A stretch of 64,000 bases of DNA from Octopus sinensis (lineage: Eukaryota), in NCBI RefSeq assembly GCF_006345805.1, contig NC_043026.1, positions 12,813,579-12,877,578 on the forward strand, given 5' to 3'. Shown one piece after another: positions 11,201 to 21,100 of the stretch. The notes under the pieces are model-generated. The model made no database searches. It saw nothing but the letters and a program-made list of their open reading frames with translations, and was not told the DNA's origin. Each line of letters begins with the position of its first letter. Position 1 is the first letter of the stretch. The position numbers and the translations under genes are program-made.

Positions 11201-11379
11201 CTTGACCTGTCTTATCCACAAACATTAACGTTCACCTCAACACAAGATAATCAGAATATAATTATGACATGATTAAATTAAATCAAGATGATGTTAACCA
11301 AATCAATTTTGCTTCTTCTCTTTCTTTATTGGCGTATAATATAACAGTATCTTCTTCCGAATATCCATGAATCACAGTT

Positions 11380-11808
11380 TCAAGACACATTGAAACTCCG
11401 ACGTCTGGCAGCTGACTTGGCAGACACCCATAAAATTATCAACCATCGCACAAACAGTAACTCTGAGCACCTTTTCAAACTCCCGTGGACATATTTACAA
11501 AGTCAGAAAACAGCACAGCTCCCATGACTTCAGGAAACGTTTTTTCACATTAAGAGTTGCTGAAGTATGGAACAAACTGCCGGCATCAGTTGTTAGTTGT
11601 CGGAGCACTGCATCCTTCAAAACTTCCATGCTTCCTGAGATTCGCCAACACTACACCTGATTTTCTCCCCTCCATACACACACAAGCATGTATCTGACTC
11701 ATACATTGTTCGCTTTCCAGACATTTCTACATTACTGCATATACTTTATATGCACTTTCTGACAAGTTGTGGTGCACCTGAGCACTGGATACAATAATTT
11801 CATTATAT
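11380..11808 (+). mobile_element. CR1/L2-group LINE 3' end
   Basis: Translates LKLRRLAADLADTHKII and YKVRKQHSSHDFRKRFFTLRVAEVWNKLPASVV, the typical CR1-group RT C-terminus. Confidence 0.8.
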
Positions 11809-12199
11809 ATATAAGACGTTGCACAGGCGGTGTTGCTGATATTTTGTTCCCTCTTTTGAATTATACCGGAGACAGAAGTTAATAGTCCTTATCAGAAGTT
11901 ATTACATTCACAAAACGCCTATCTTCAGAAATGTAAACAAAGTCACGTGTGTACGTATACCGAAGGATCACCATTGCTTCTCCTAGCTTTGGTAAAATCC
12001 CGGTGAATTATAATGAATTATAACAAATGAAATAATTCGGACAAAACGAAAGAAGTTTTTAGACATCAATTCATATTTGTCAGTATTAAATCAACGTTTC
12101 CCTTTGTGAATCGTTATCTCACTAGGAAAAACTTATTAAAACAATAAAGATATATTTAATATATATTTAAGCAAAGAGTAAATGAGATACGCTACTAAA

Positions 12200-12536
12200 T
12201 ACACAAATATATTTGAGGTGGGGAAAAAGTAATTGAAGACATGCAATGACGAGATACGAATTGATGTCTGAAGAATAAGAAGCCAAACGAAAGTGGATGT
12301 CGCAGAATTTTTGGAATTGGAAAGAAAGGTTTGGAAATCCTAATCTAAGGACGAGAGAGAAACCCGTTTTGCAGTTTGGTCGACGCACTGGTTCACTGCT
12401 GAGAAACGGTGCAGAATTTTTGGAATTGGAAAGAAAGGTTTGGAAATCCTAATCTAAGGACGAGAGAGAAACCCGTTTTGCAGTTTGGTCGACGCACTGG
12501 TTCACTGCTGAGAAACGGGGACAAACAACGGTAAGT
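12200..12536 (+). promoter_or_regulatory. Candidate non-coding first exon of ZNF3 ending at a donor site
   Basis: CpG-containing tract ending in ACG|GTAAGT (GT at 12531). A matching acceptor TTTATTATTTCAG lies at 14880-14881. Confidence 0.5.
12302..12518. repeat. Perfect tandem duplication (108 bp, period 109)
   Basis: GCAGAATTTTTGGAATTGG...GAGAAACGG at 12302-12409 and 12411-12518. Confidence 0.92.
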
Positions 12537-12781
12537 CGACGAAGATTTACCTGAATAATAATAAATCTGTAATTACGTTTGTGAATAATAGAATTGTTAT
12601 TACGTGGAACCCTTTCGACAATTCAGTAATTCTATGCAAGGGAAAACACGTATCAACATTGGAAGGAAGAGATTTGCTCCTGTAAAAGTCGTCGTTTTGG
12701 CTGACCATGGGCCGACAGGAAAATACTTCCAAACTGAAATATTGATCTGTTATTTTCGAAACGACACGCTCCACTATTTGT

Positions 12782-13150
12782 GGAGGCACTCCGTCGGTTA
12801 CGACGACGAAGGTTCCGGTTGATCCGAATCAACGGAACAGCCTGCTCGTGAAATTAACGTGTAAGTGGCTGAGCACTCCACAGACACGTGTACCCTTAAC
12901 GTAGTTCTCGGGGATATTCAGCGTGACACAGAGAGTGACAAGGCCGGCTCTTTTGAAATACAGGTACAACAGAAACAGGAAGTAAGAGTGAGAGAAAGTT
13001 GTGGTGAAAGAGTACAGCAGGGATCGTCACCACCCCCTGCCGGAGCCTCGTGGAGCTTTAGGTGTTTTCGCTTAATAAACACTCACAACGCCCGGTCTGG
13101 GAATCGAAACCGCGAGTCCGCTGCCCTAACCACTGGGCCATTGCGCCTCC
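12782..13150 (-). mobile_element. tRNA-derived SINE of a further family (F)
   Basis: The minus strand begins GGAGGCGCAATGGCCCAGTGGTTAGGGCAGCGGACTCGCGGTTTCGATTCCC (A- and B-box-like) and ends CGTCGTCGTAACCGACGGAGTG. Confidence 0.75.
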
Positions 13151-13190
13151 GCTCCACTATTACGTGTGATATATAAGGTAAAGTAACGCT

Positions 13191-13465
13191 GTGAGCTAGC
13201 AGAAACGTTAGCACGCCGGGCGAAATGCTTTGCGGTATTTCGCCTGCGTTACGTTGTGAGTTCGAATTCCGCCGAGGTCGACTGTTCCTTTCATCCTTTC
13301 GGGGTCGATAAATTAAGTACCAATTACGCACTGGGGTCGATGTAATCGACTTAATACCTATGTCTGTCCTTGTTTGTCCCCTCTGTGTTTAGCCCCTTGT
13401 GGGTAATAAAGAAATAGGTTTTTCGCCTGCCGTTATGTTCTGAGTTCAAATTCCGCCGAGGTTGA
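13191..13465 (+). mobile_element. SINE family B with the start of a second unit
   Basis: Complete head and body, followed by GAAATAGGTTTTTCGCCTGCCGTTATGTTCTGAGTTC. Confidence 0.8.
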
Positions 13466-13994
13466 AAATTTAATTTCCTCATGCAGTCGAAGAAGTCAAA
13501 GTGTGATTGAAGCTAAAGGACTTCACATTAAATATTAAATAATTCCAGTATTCACTGTCATTTTTGATTATTTTGTTATTTTTTCAACCGTTCTGATCAT
13601 TTTGCACTAAATCATCCATAACTTTTGTATTATCCTCTCAAATTACACCCAAATCTCAGACAATAACAATTTTGATAAAAACTTATACCTACTTTTCTGA
13701 CGAAAACAATGCCGTTCTGAACATTTTGGCTGCAACTGTATATATATATATATACATATGATGGGCTCCTTTCAGTTTCTGTCAACCAAATCCACTCTCA
13801 AAGCTTTGGTCAGCCTGAGGCTATAGTAGAAGATATTTGCCCTAGGTGCAACGCAGTGGGACTGAACCCGGGACCATGTTGTTGGCAAGCAAGCTACTTA
13901 CCACACAACTGCTCCTGTGCCTATGTTAGTTTTAATTTTTGTCTTTAAGATATTTCTGTATGTATATTTTGTAATAATTGTAATGAACAGTTCA

Positions 13995-14480
13995 TCATCA
14001 TCGTTTAACGTCCATTTTCCATGCTAGCATGGGTTGGACGGTTCATCTGGGGTCTGGACAGTTCATAAGGCGGCGAGCTTGCAGAATCGTTAGCACGTCG
14101 GGCGAAATGCTTAGCGGTATTTCGTCTACTGTTACGTTGTGAGTTCAAATTCCGCTGAGGTCGACTTTGCCTTTCATCCTTTCGGGGTCGATAAATTAAG
14201 TACCAGTTATGCACTGGGGTCGATGTAATCGACTTAATACCTATGTCTGTCCATGTTTGTCCCCTCTATGTTCAGCCCCTTGTGGGTAATAAAGAAATAG
14301 GTTCATCTGGGGTCTGGGAAGCCAGGGGCTGCGCCAGGCTCCAGTCTGATCTGGCAGTGTTTCTACAGCTGGATGCCCTTCCTAACGCCAACCTCGCCAT
14401 GAGTGTAGTGGGTGCTTTTTATGTGCCACCTGCACAGGTGCCAGATGAGGCTGGCAAACGGTCACGATCAGATCGTGCTT
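13995..14480 (-). mobile_element. Family C repeat with a nested plus-strand SINE B (about 14068-14300)
   Basis: The SINE B is flanked by duplicated GTTCATCTGGGGTCTGG at 14041-14057 and 14301-14317. Confidence 0.82.
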
Positions 14481-15019
14481 TTTTTTACAGAATATACACA
14501 TCAAAGTATCTTTATGGCCGCCATATGAAGCGTTAAAGAGCTGTATGTGTTGAGAAACATGGGTTAACAATAAGCCACGGTGAAAGCCATAATATGGTCT
14601 CTTCATCTCAAAGAAAAAGTCACGGGGTCGATTTGCTCGACTAAAGGCGGTGCTCCAGCATGGCCGCAGTCAAATGACTGAAACAAGTAAAAGAGTAAAA
14701 GAATAGATATACATATAGGCATGCATGGATACACACAATTTGAAGCTGTATCTATAGTTTACAAATTTTTACATTTCACCCAATGTTATATGATGTCATT
14801 TGTTAATTAATAAACAAATGTTGTAACATTTCTCTTTTGATCTCTCCTCTCTATCTAAATACTGTTTCTTTATTATTTCAGATTCACAGATGACATTGGC
14901 ACAAAACATCTTTTGTACATTGGATACATCTGGAATATCTATCATGTCTTAAAGACTAAAGGAAAATGTCTTAACGAACGAATATAATAACCCAACTGCT
15001 ATAAATCCAGGATTGAATT

Positions 15020-15437
15020 ACTGTGAAATATTTGCTCTGAGCAACAATTCATAGCAACATTTCTCCATCTCCTTACCTGTTGCTTTTGCATTCTAATTAA
15101 ACTTGAATATATTTCTAAAGGGGTTTGCAGCATCTTTAGATATTGATAATGATCACAGTTGATAGCAGTAGAAATATTTCTGAGGAATAAATTATTACAA
15201 AAGAACAAGAAAAAGGAAATTATATGATTTGGTCAGAGAAGAAAGATAAAGGAAAAATTTAATACTGTGAGAAACTTCAATGGTTGGATTGCTATGAAAT
15301 ATCTGCTCTCACCTGAGATTCATAGCAACATTTCTCCATCTCATTACCTGGTGCTTTGGCATTCTAATTAAACATATTTTTAAAGGTGTTTGCAGCATCT
15401 TTAGGTATCAGTGAAGATCACAGTTGACAGCAGTGGA
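15020..15437 (+). repeat. Diverged direct repeat (about 150 bp) in the ZNF3 leader
   Basis: ATTCATAGCAACATTTCTCCATCTC...GCATTCTAATTAAAC...TTTGCAGCATCTTTAG...GATCACAGTTGA at about 15020-15170 and 15290-15437. Confidence 0.8.
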
Positions 15438-15462
15438 TTGGGTTTTTGTGTTCTTTGAAGAG

Positions 15463-16242
15463 ATGTCGAAAAAGTTATGCAAGACATCATATCACTGTGA
15501 AATTTGTGGTAAATTATTCTCAAGAGATATTGACTTAACTAGACACATACGTATTCATACAGGAGAGAGACCGTTTCACTGTGAGGTCTGTGGTAAATCT
15601 TTCTCTCGAAGCAGTGTATTGACTATACACAAACGTATTCATACAGGAGAGAAACCATATCATTGCGATATCTGTGATAAAGCATTCTCTGAAAATGCTA
15701 ACTTAAGTAGACACAAGCGCATTCATTCAGGAGAGAAACCATATCAGTGTGATATCTGTGGTAAATCTTTCTGTCGAAGCAGTGACTTAACTTCACACAA
15801 ACCTATTCATACCGGAGAGAAATCATTTCACTGTGATATCTGTGGTAAATCATTCTCTCAAAACAGTGTTTTAATTAACCACAAACGTATTCATACAGGG
15901 AAGAAGCCATATCACTGTGTTATCTGTAGTAAATTATTCTCTGGAAATAGTGACTTAACTAAACACATACGTATGCATACAGGAGAGAAACCATTTCACT
16001 GTGATATCTGTGGTAAATCATTCTCAGAAAATAGTGTTTTAACTAAACACAAGCGTACTCACACAGGGGAGAAACCTTATCACTGTGATGTATGTAGTAA
16101 ATCATTCTCTCAAAGTCCTAACTTAACTAAACACAAACGTATTCATACAGGAGAGAAACCATTTCACTGTGCTATCTGTGGTAAATCATTTGCTCAAAAA
16201 TGTAACTTAACTACACATATATCTATCCATACAAAAGTTTGA
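15463..16242 (+). CDS. C2H2 zinc-finger protein (ZNF3 here), 9 fingers
   Basis: The ORF track starts at a TTG (15424); the first in-frame ATG is 15463. Nine canonical fingers with TGEKP-type linkers. Confidence 0.88.
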   Translation: MSKKLCKTSYHCEICGKLFSRDIDLTRHIRIHTGERPFHCEVCGKSFSRSSVLTIHKRIHTGEKPYHCDICDKAFSENANLSRHKRIHSGEKPYQCDICGKSFCRSSDLTSHKPIHTGEKSFHCDICGKSFSQNSVLINHKRIHTGKKPYHCVICSKLFSGNSDLTKHIRMHTGEKPFHCDICGKSFSENSVLTKHKRTHTGEKPYHCDVCSKSFSQSPNLTKHKRIHTGEKPFHCAICGKSFAQKCNLTTHISIHTKV

Positions 16243-16264
16243 CTGTCACTGCTAAAGTTCAGTA

Positions 16265-16492
16265 TGCATTCAATGCCAGCCCCTCTCGCCCCTGTGCCGG
16301 TGGCATGTAAAAAGCACCTACTACACTCTCAGAGTGGTTGGTGTTTAGGAGGGGCATCATGCTGTAGAGACACTGCTAGATCAGATTAGGGCCTGGAGCA
16401 GCCTCCTGGCTCCTCAGACCCCAGTCGAACTGTCCAACCCATGCCAGCATGGAAAACAGATGTTAAACAATGATGATGATGATGATGATGAC
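16265..16492 (+). mobile_element. Family C repeat with (GAT)n tail
   Basis: GTGCCGGTGGCATGTAAAAAGCACC...CCCATGCCAGCATGGAAAACAGATGTTAAACAATGATGATG. Confidence 0.78.
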
Positions 16493-16774
16493 AGCATCAA
16501 AATTTTATAACAGCATTTCCCTTCTAAACTATGTATTAGCTTTTGTGGATTTAACTATAATCACACAGCGATAATCATACTCATGATCAAGAGAGAGAGA
16601 GAGGTGGGGAGACAGAGAGAAAGGAGAGGATAAGTGAAAACAAAAACAATACACAAAGCAAGTGTGTGCAATAAACATTGAGGATTGTCAAATTTGAAGA
16701 CCAACAATACACAACAAACTAGGCTGATTGTTATGTGTGTGTGTGTGTGTGCATGTATGTATGTATTAATGTAT

Positions 16775-17155
16775 ACTCTTTTACTCTTTTACTTGTTTCA
16801 GTCATTTGACTGCGGCCATGCTGGAGCACCGCCTTTAGTCGAGCAAATCGATCCCGGGACTTATTCTTTTGTAAGCCCAGTACTCATTCTATCGGTCTCT
16901 TTTGCCAAACCGCTAAGTGACGGGGACGTAAACACACCAGCATCGGTTGTCAAGCAATGCTAGGGAGACAAACACAGACACATATATATACATATATATA
17001 CGACGGGCTTCTTTCAGTTTCCGTCTACCAAATCCACTCACAAGGCATTGGTCGGCCCGGGGCTATAGCAGAAGACACTTGCCCAAGATGCCACGCAGTG
17101 GGACTGAACCCGGAACCATGTGGTTGGTTAGCAAGCTACTTACCACACAGCCACT
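16775..17155 (-). mobile_element. SINE family A
   Basis: Reverse complement of 17401-17822, missing only the first head bases. Confidence 0.85.
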
Positions 17156-17157
17156 AA

Positions 17158-17294
17158 ATGCAAAGGATTTTGTGGTACATATGTTTCTGGCTTTATTGAG
17201 CAAATTATCAATGTATAATTGATATAATTGATTATGCATTGATATAAATTGCTCAATAATGCCAGAAACATATGTACCACAAAATCCTTTGCAT
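17158..17294. repeat. Long hairpin: about 57-bp arms with a 34-bp perfect outer stem
   Basis: ATGCAAAGGATTTTGTGGTACATATGTTTCTGGC from 17158 and its exact reverse complement ending at 17294. Confidence 0.9.
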
Positions 17295-17400
17295 CCTGTT
17301 TTTTCTTTTGATAAATATATCCTATCACCTACACCACTAGCTGGCATATACAGGTGCTTACAGTTATCAAGTATTCACCCTGAATTTTTTGTACCTATAT

Positions 17401-17822
17401 AGGCGCAGGAGTGGCTGTGTGGTAAGTAGCTTGCTAACCAACCACATAGTTCCAGGTTCAGTCCCACTGCGTGGCATCTTGGGCTGGTGTCTTCTGCTAT
17501 AGCCCCGGGCCGACCAATGCCTTGTGAGTGGATTTGGTAGACGGAAACTGAAAGAAGCCCGTCATATATATGTATGTATATATATATATATATATATATG
17601 TTTGTGTTTGTGTGTCTGTGTTTGTCCCCCTAGCATTGCTTGACAACCGATGCTGGTGTCTTTACGTCCCCGTCACTTAGTGGTTCGGCAACAGAGACCG
17701 ATAGAATAAGTACTGGGATTACAAAGAATAGGTCCCGGGGTCGATTTGCTTGACTAAAGGCGGTGCCCCAGCATGGCCGCAGTCAAATGACTGAAACAAG
17801 TAAAAGAGTAAAGAGTAAAAGA
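17401..17822 (+). mobile_element. SINE family A (full-length reference copy)
   Basis: AGGCGCAGGAGTGGCTGTGTGGTAAG...GGTTCAGTCCC...CAGCATGGCCGCAGTCAAATGACTGAAACAAGTAAAAGAG. Confidence 0.87.
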
Positions 17823-18186
17823 GTATACTTAAATGCATAGCTAAGTTTCAGCTAGAACCACCCTGGGACATGGTTAATGTAGAGACCCCATTTGGAAACA
17901 AGAATCAATGATGTTTCACATTACAGTTGTTCTGGGGGCACCATAACCCATTTGAGTAAAGGGTTATTGTCTGCAGTGATAGATCTGGGTGTATAGGGTG
18001 GAACTGAAATTTGTTGGAGATATTCACCCAGGAACCATTTCGATATCATAATTTGTTTCTTCTTCTTCTCCTATGTGTCTTGGCATGATGTTAAAGAGAG
18101 GACGGTTGGCATAAGGACCAAGCTGATGCTGTTGGTGGTGACCCAGCAGGGTCATGAAGTTGATGGCGAAAAACTTAAAACATTAA

Positions 18187-21100
18187 CCCCTTACCCAACA
18201 ATTATTTTGAAAATAAATGTATTTTTTCAGACATATTTTTTAATTGTTTTATTTCACTATGTTTTGAATGGTGATTTCGAGGTATATTTCAAACCTTATG
18301 TCAAAAAAGAGTTTATAATAGACGAAGGAACTCGTTAAGGTATATTTCAAACTTATGTCAAAAAAGAGTTTATAATAGACGAAGGAACTTGTTAAGGTAT
18401 ATTTCAAACTTATGTCAAAAAAGAGTTTATAATAGACGAAGGAACTTGTTAAGGTATATTTCAAATTTATGTCAAATATAATAGGGTCAAATTTCAAATA
18501 TAATAGACGAAGGAACTCGTTAAGGTATATTTCAAACTTATGTCAAAAAAGAGTTTATAATAGACGAAGGAACTCGTTAAGGTATATTTCAAACTTATGT
18601 CAAAAAAGAGTTTATAATAGACGAAGGAACTTGTTAAGGTATATTTCAAATTTATGTCAAAAAAGAGTTTATAATAGACGAAGGAACTCGTTAAGGTATA
18701 TTTCAAACTTATGTCAAAAAAGAGTTTATAATAGACGAAGGAACTCGTTAAGGTATATTTCAAACTTATGTCAAAAAAGAGTTTATAATAGACGAAGGAA
18801 CTCGTTATGGTATATTTCAAACTTATGTCAAAAAAGAGTTTATAATAGACGAAGGAACTCGTTAAGGTATATTTCAAATTTATGTCAAAAAAGAGTTTAT
18901 AATAGACGAAGGAACTCGTTAAGGTATATTTCAAACTTATGTCAAAAAAGAGTTTATAATAGACGAAGGAACTTGTTAAGGTATATTTCAAATTTATGTC
19001 AAAAAAGAGTTTATAATAGACGAAGGAACTCGTTAAGGTATACTTCAAACTTATGTCAAAAAAGAGTTTATAATAGACGAAGGAACTCGTTAAGGTATAT
19101 TTCAAACTTATGTCAAAAAAGAGTTTATAATAGACGAAGGAACTTGTTAAGGTATATTTCAAATTTATGTCAAAAAAGAGTTTATAATAGACGAAGGAAC
19201 TCGTTAAGGTATATTTCAAACTTATGTCAAAAAAGAGTTTATAATAGACGAAGGAACTCGTTAAGGTATATTTCAAACTTATGTCAAAAAAGAGTTTATA
19301 ATGGACGAAGGAACTTGTTAAGGTATATTTCAAATTTATGTCAAAAAAGAGTTTATAATAGACGAAGGAACTTGTTAAGGTATATTTCAAATTTATGTCA
19401 AAAAAGAGTTTATAATAGACGAAGGAACTCGTTAAGGTATATTTCAAATTTATGTCAAAAAAGAGTTTATAATAGACGAAGGAACTCGTTAAGGTATATT
19501 TCAAACTTATGTCAAAAAAGAGTTTATAATAGACGAAGGAACTCGTTAAGGTATATTTCAAATTTATGTCAAAAAAGAGTTTATAATAGACGAAGGAACT
19601 CGTTAAGGTATACTTCAAACTTATGTCAAAAAAGAGTTTATAATAGACGAAGGAACTCGTTAAGGTATATTTCAAACTTATGTCAAAAAAGAGTTTATAA
19701 TAGACGAAGGAACTCGTTAAGGTATACTTCAAACTTATGTCAAAAAAGAGTTTATAATAGACGAAGGAACTCGTTAAGGTATATTTCAAACTTATGTCAA
19801 AAAAGAGTTTATAATAGACGAAGGAACTTGTTAAGGTATATTTCAAATTTATGTCAAAAAAGAGTTTATAATAGACGAAGGAACTCGTTAAGGTATATTT
19901 CAAACTTATGTCAAAAAAGAGTTTATAATAGACGAAGGAACTTGTTAAGGTATATTTCAAACTTATGTCAAAAAAGAGTTTATAATAGACGAAGGAACTC
20001 GTTAAGGTATATTTCAAACTTATGTCAAAAAAGAGTTTATAATAGACGAAGGAACTCGTTAAGGTATATTTCAAACTTATGTCAAAAAAGAGTTTATAAT
20101 AGACGAAGGAACTCGTTAAGGTATATTTCAAACTTATGTCAAAAAAGAGTTTATAATAGACGAAGGAACTCGTTAAGGTATATTTCAAACTTATGTCAAA
20201 AAAGAGTTTATAATAGACGAAGGAACTTGTTAAGGTATATTTCAAATTTATGTCAAAAAAGAGTTTATAATAGACGAAGGAACTCGTTAAGGTATATTTC
20301 AAACTTATGTCAAAAAAGAGTTTATAATAGACGAAGGAACTCGTTAAGGTATATTTCAAACTTATGTCAAAAAAGAGTTTATAATATACGAAGGAACTCG
20401 TTAAGGTATATTTCAAACTTATGTCAAAAAAGAGTTTATAATAGACGAAGGAACTTGTTAAGGTATATTTCAAATTTATGTCAAAAAAGAGTTTATAATA
20501 GACGAAGGAACTCGTTAAGGTATATTTCAAATTTATGTCAAAAAAGAGTTTATAATAGACGAAGGAACTCGTTAAGGTATATTTCAAATTTATGTCAAAA
20601 AAGAGTTTATAATAGACGAAGGAACTCGTTAAGGTATATTTCAAACTTATGTCAAAAAAGAGTTTATAATAGACGAAGGAACTCGTTAAGGTATATTTCA
20701 AACTTATGTCAAAAAAGAGTTTATAATAGACGAAGGAACTTGTTAAGGTATATTTCAAATTTATGTCAAAAAAGAGTTTATAATAGACGAAGGAACTCGT
20801 TAAGGTATATTTCAAACTTATGTCAAAAAAGAGTTTATAATAGACAAAGGAACTTGTTAAGGTATATTTCAAACTTATGTCAAAAAAGAGTTTATAATAG
20901 ACGAAGGAACTCGTTAAGGTATATTTCAAACTTATGTCAAAAAAGAGTTTATAATAGACGAAGGAACTCGTTAAGGTATATTTCAAATTTATGCCAAAAA
21001 AGAGTTTATAATAGACGAAGGAACTCGTTAAGGTATATTTCAAACTTATGTCAAAAAAGAGTTTATAATAGACGAAGGAACTCGTTAAGGTATATTTCAA

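Noticed and set aside
12268-12301. CTGAAGA...GAAA...GTC hammerhead-like string
   Set aside because: Stem III cannot form (G opposite G), and there is no convincing stem I or II.
6786-17347. Many 60-120-aa ORFs such as MRNWYLIY..., ...RRASFSFRLPNPLTRHW... and ...LDALPNANHS...
   Set aside because: They recur wherever SINE families A, B and C occur and are translations of non-coding repeats.
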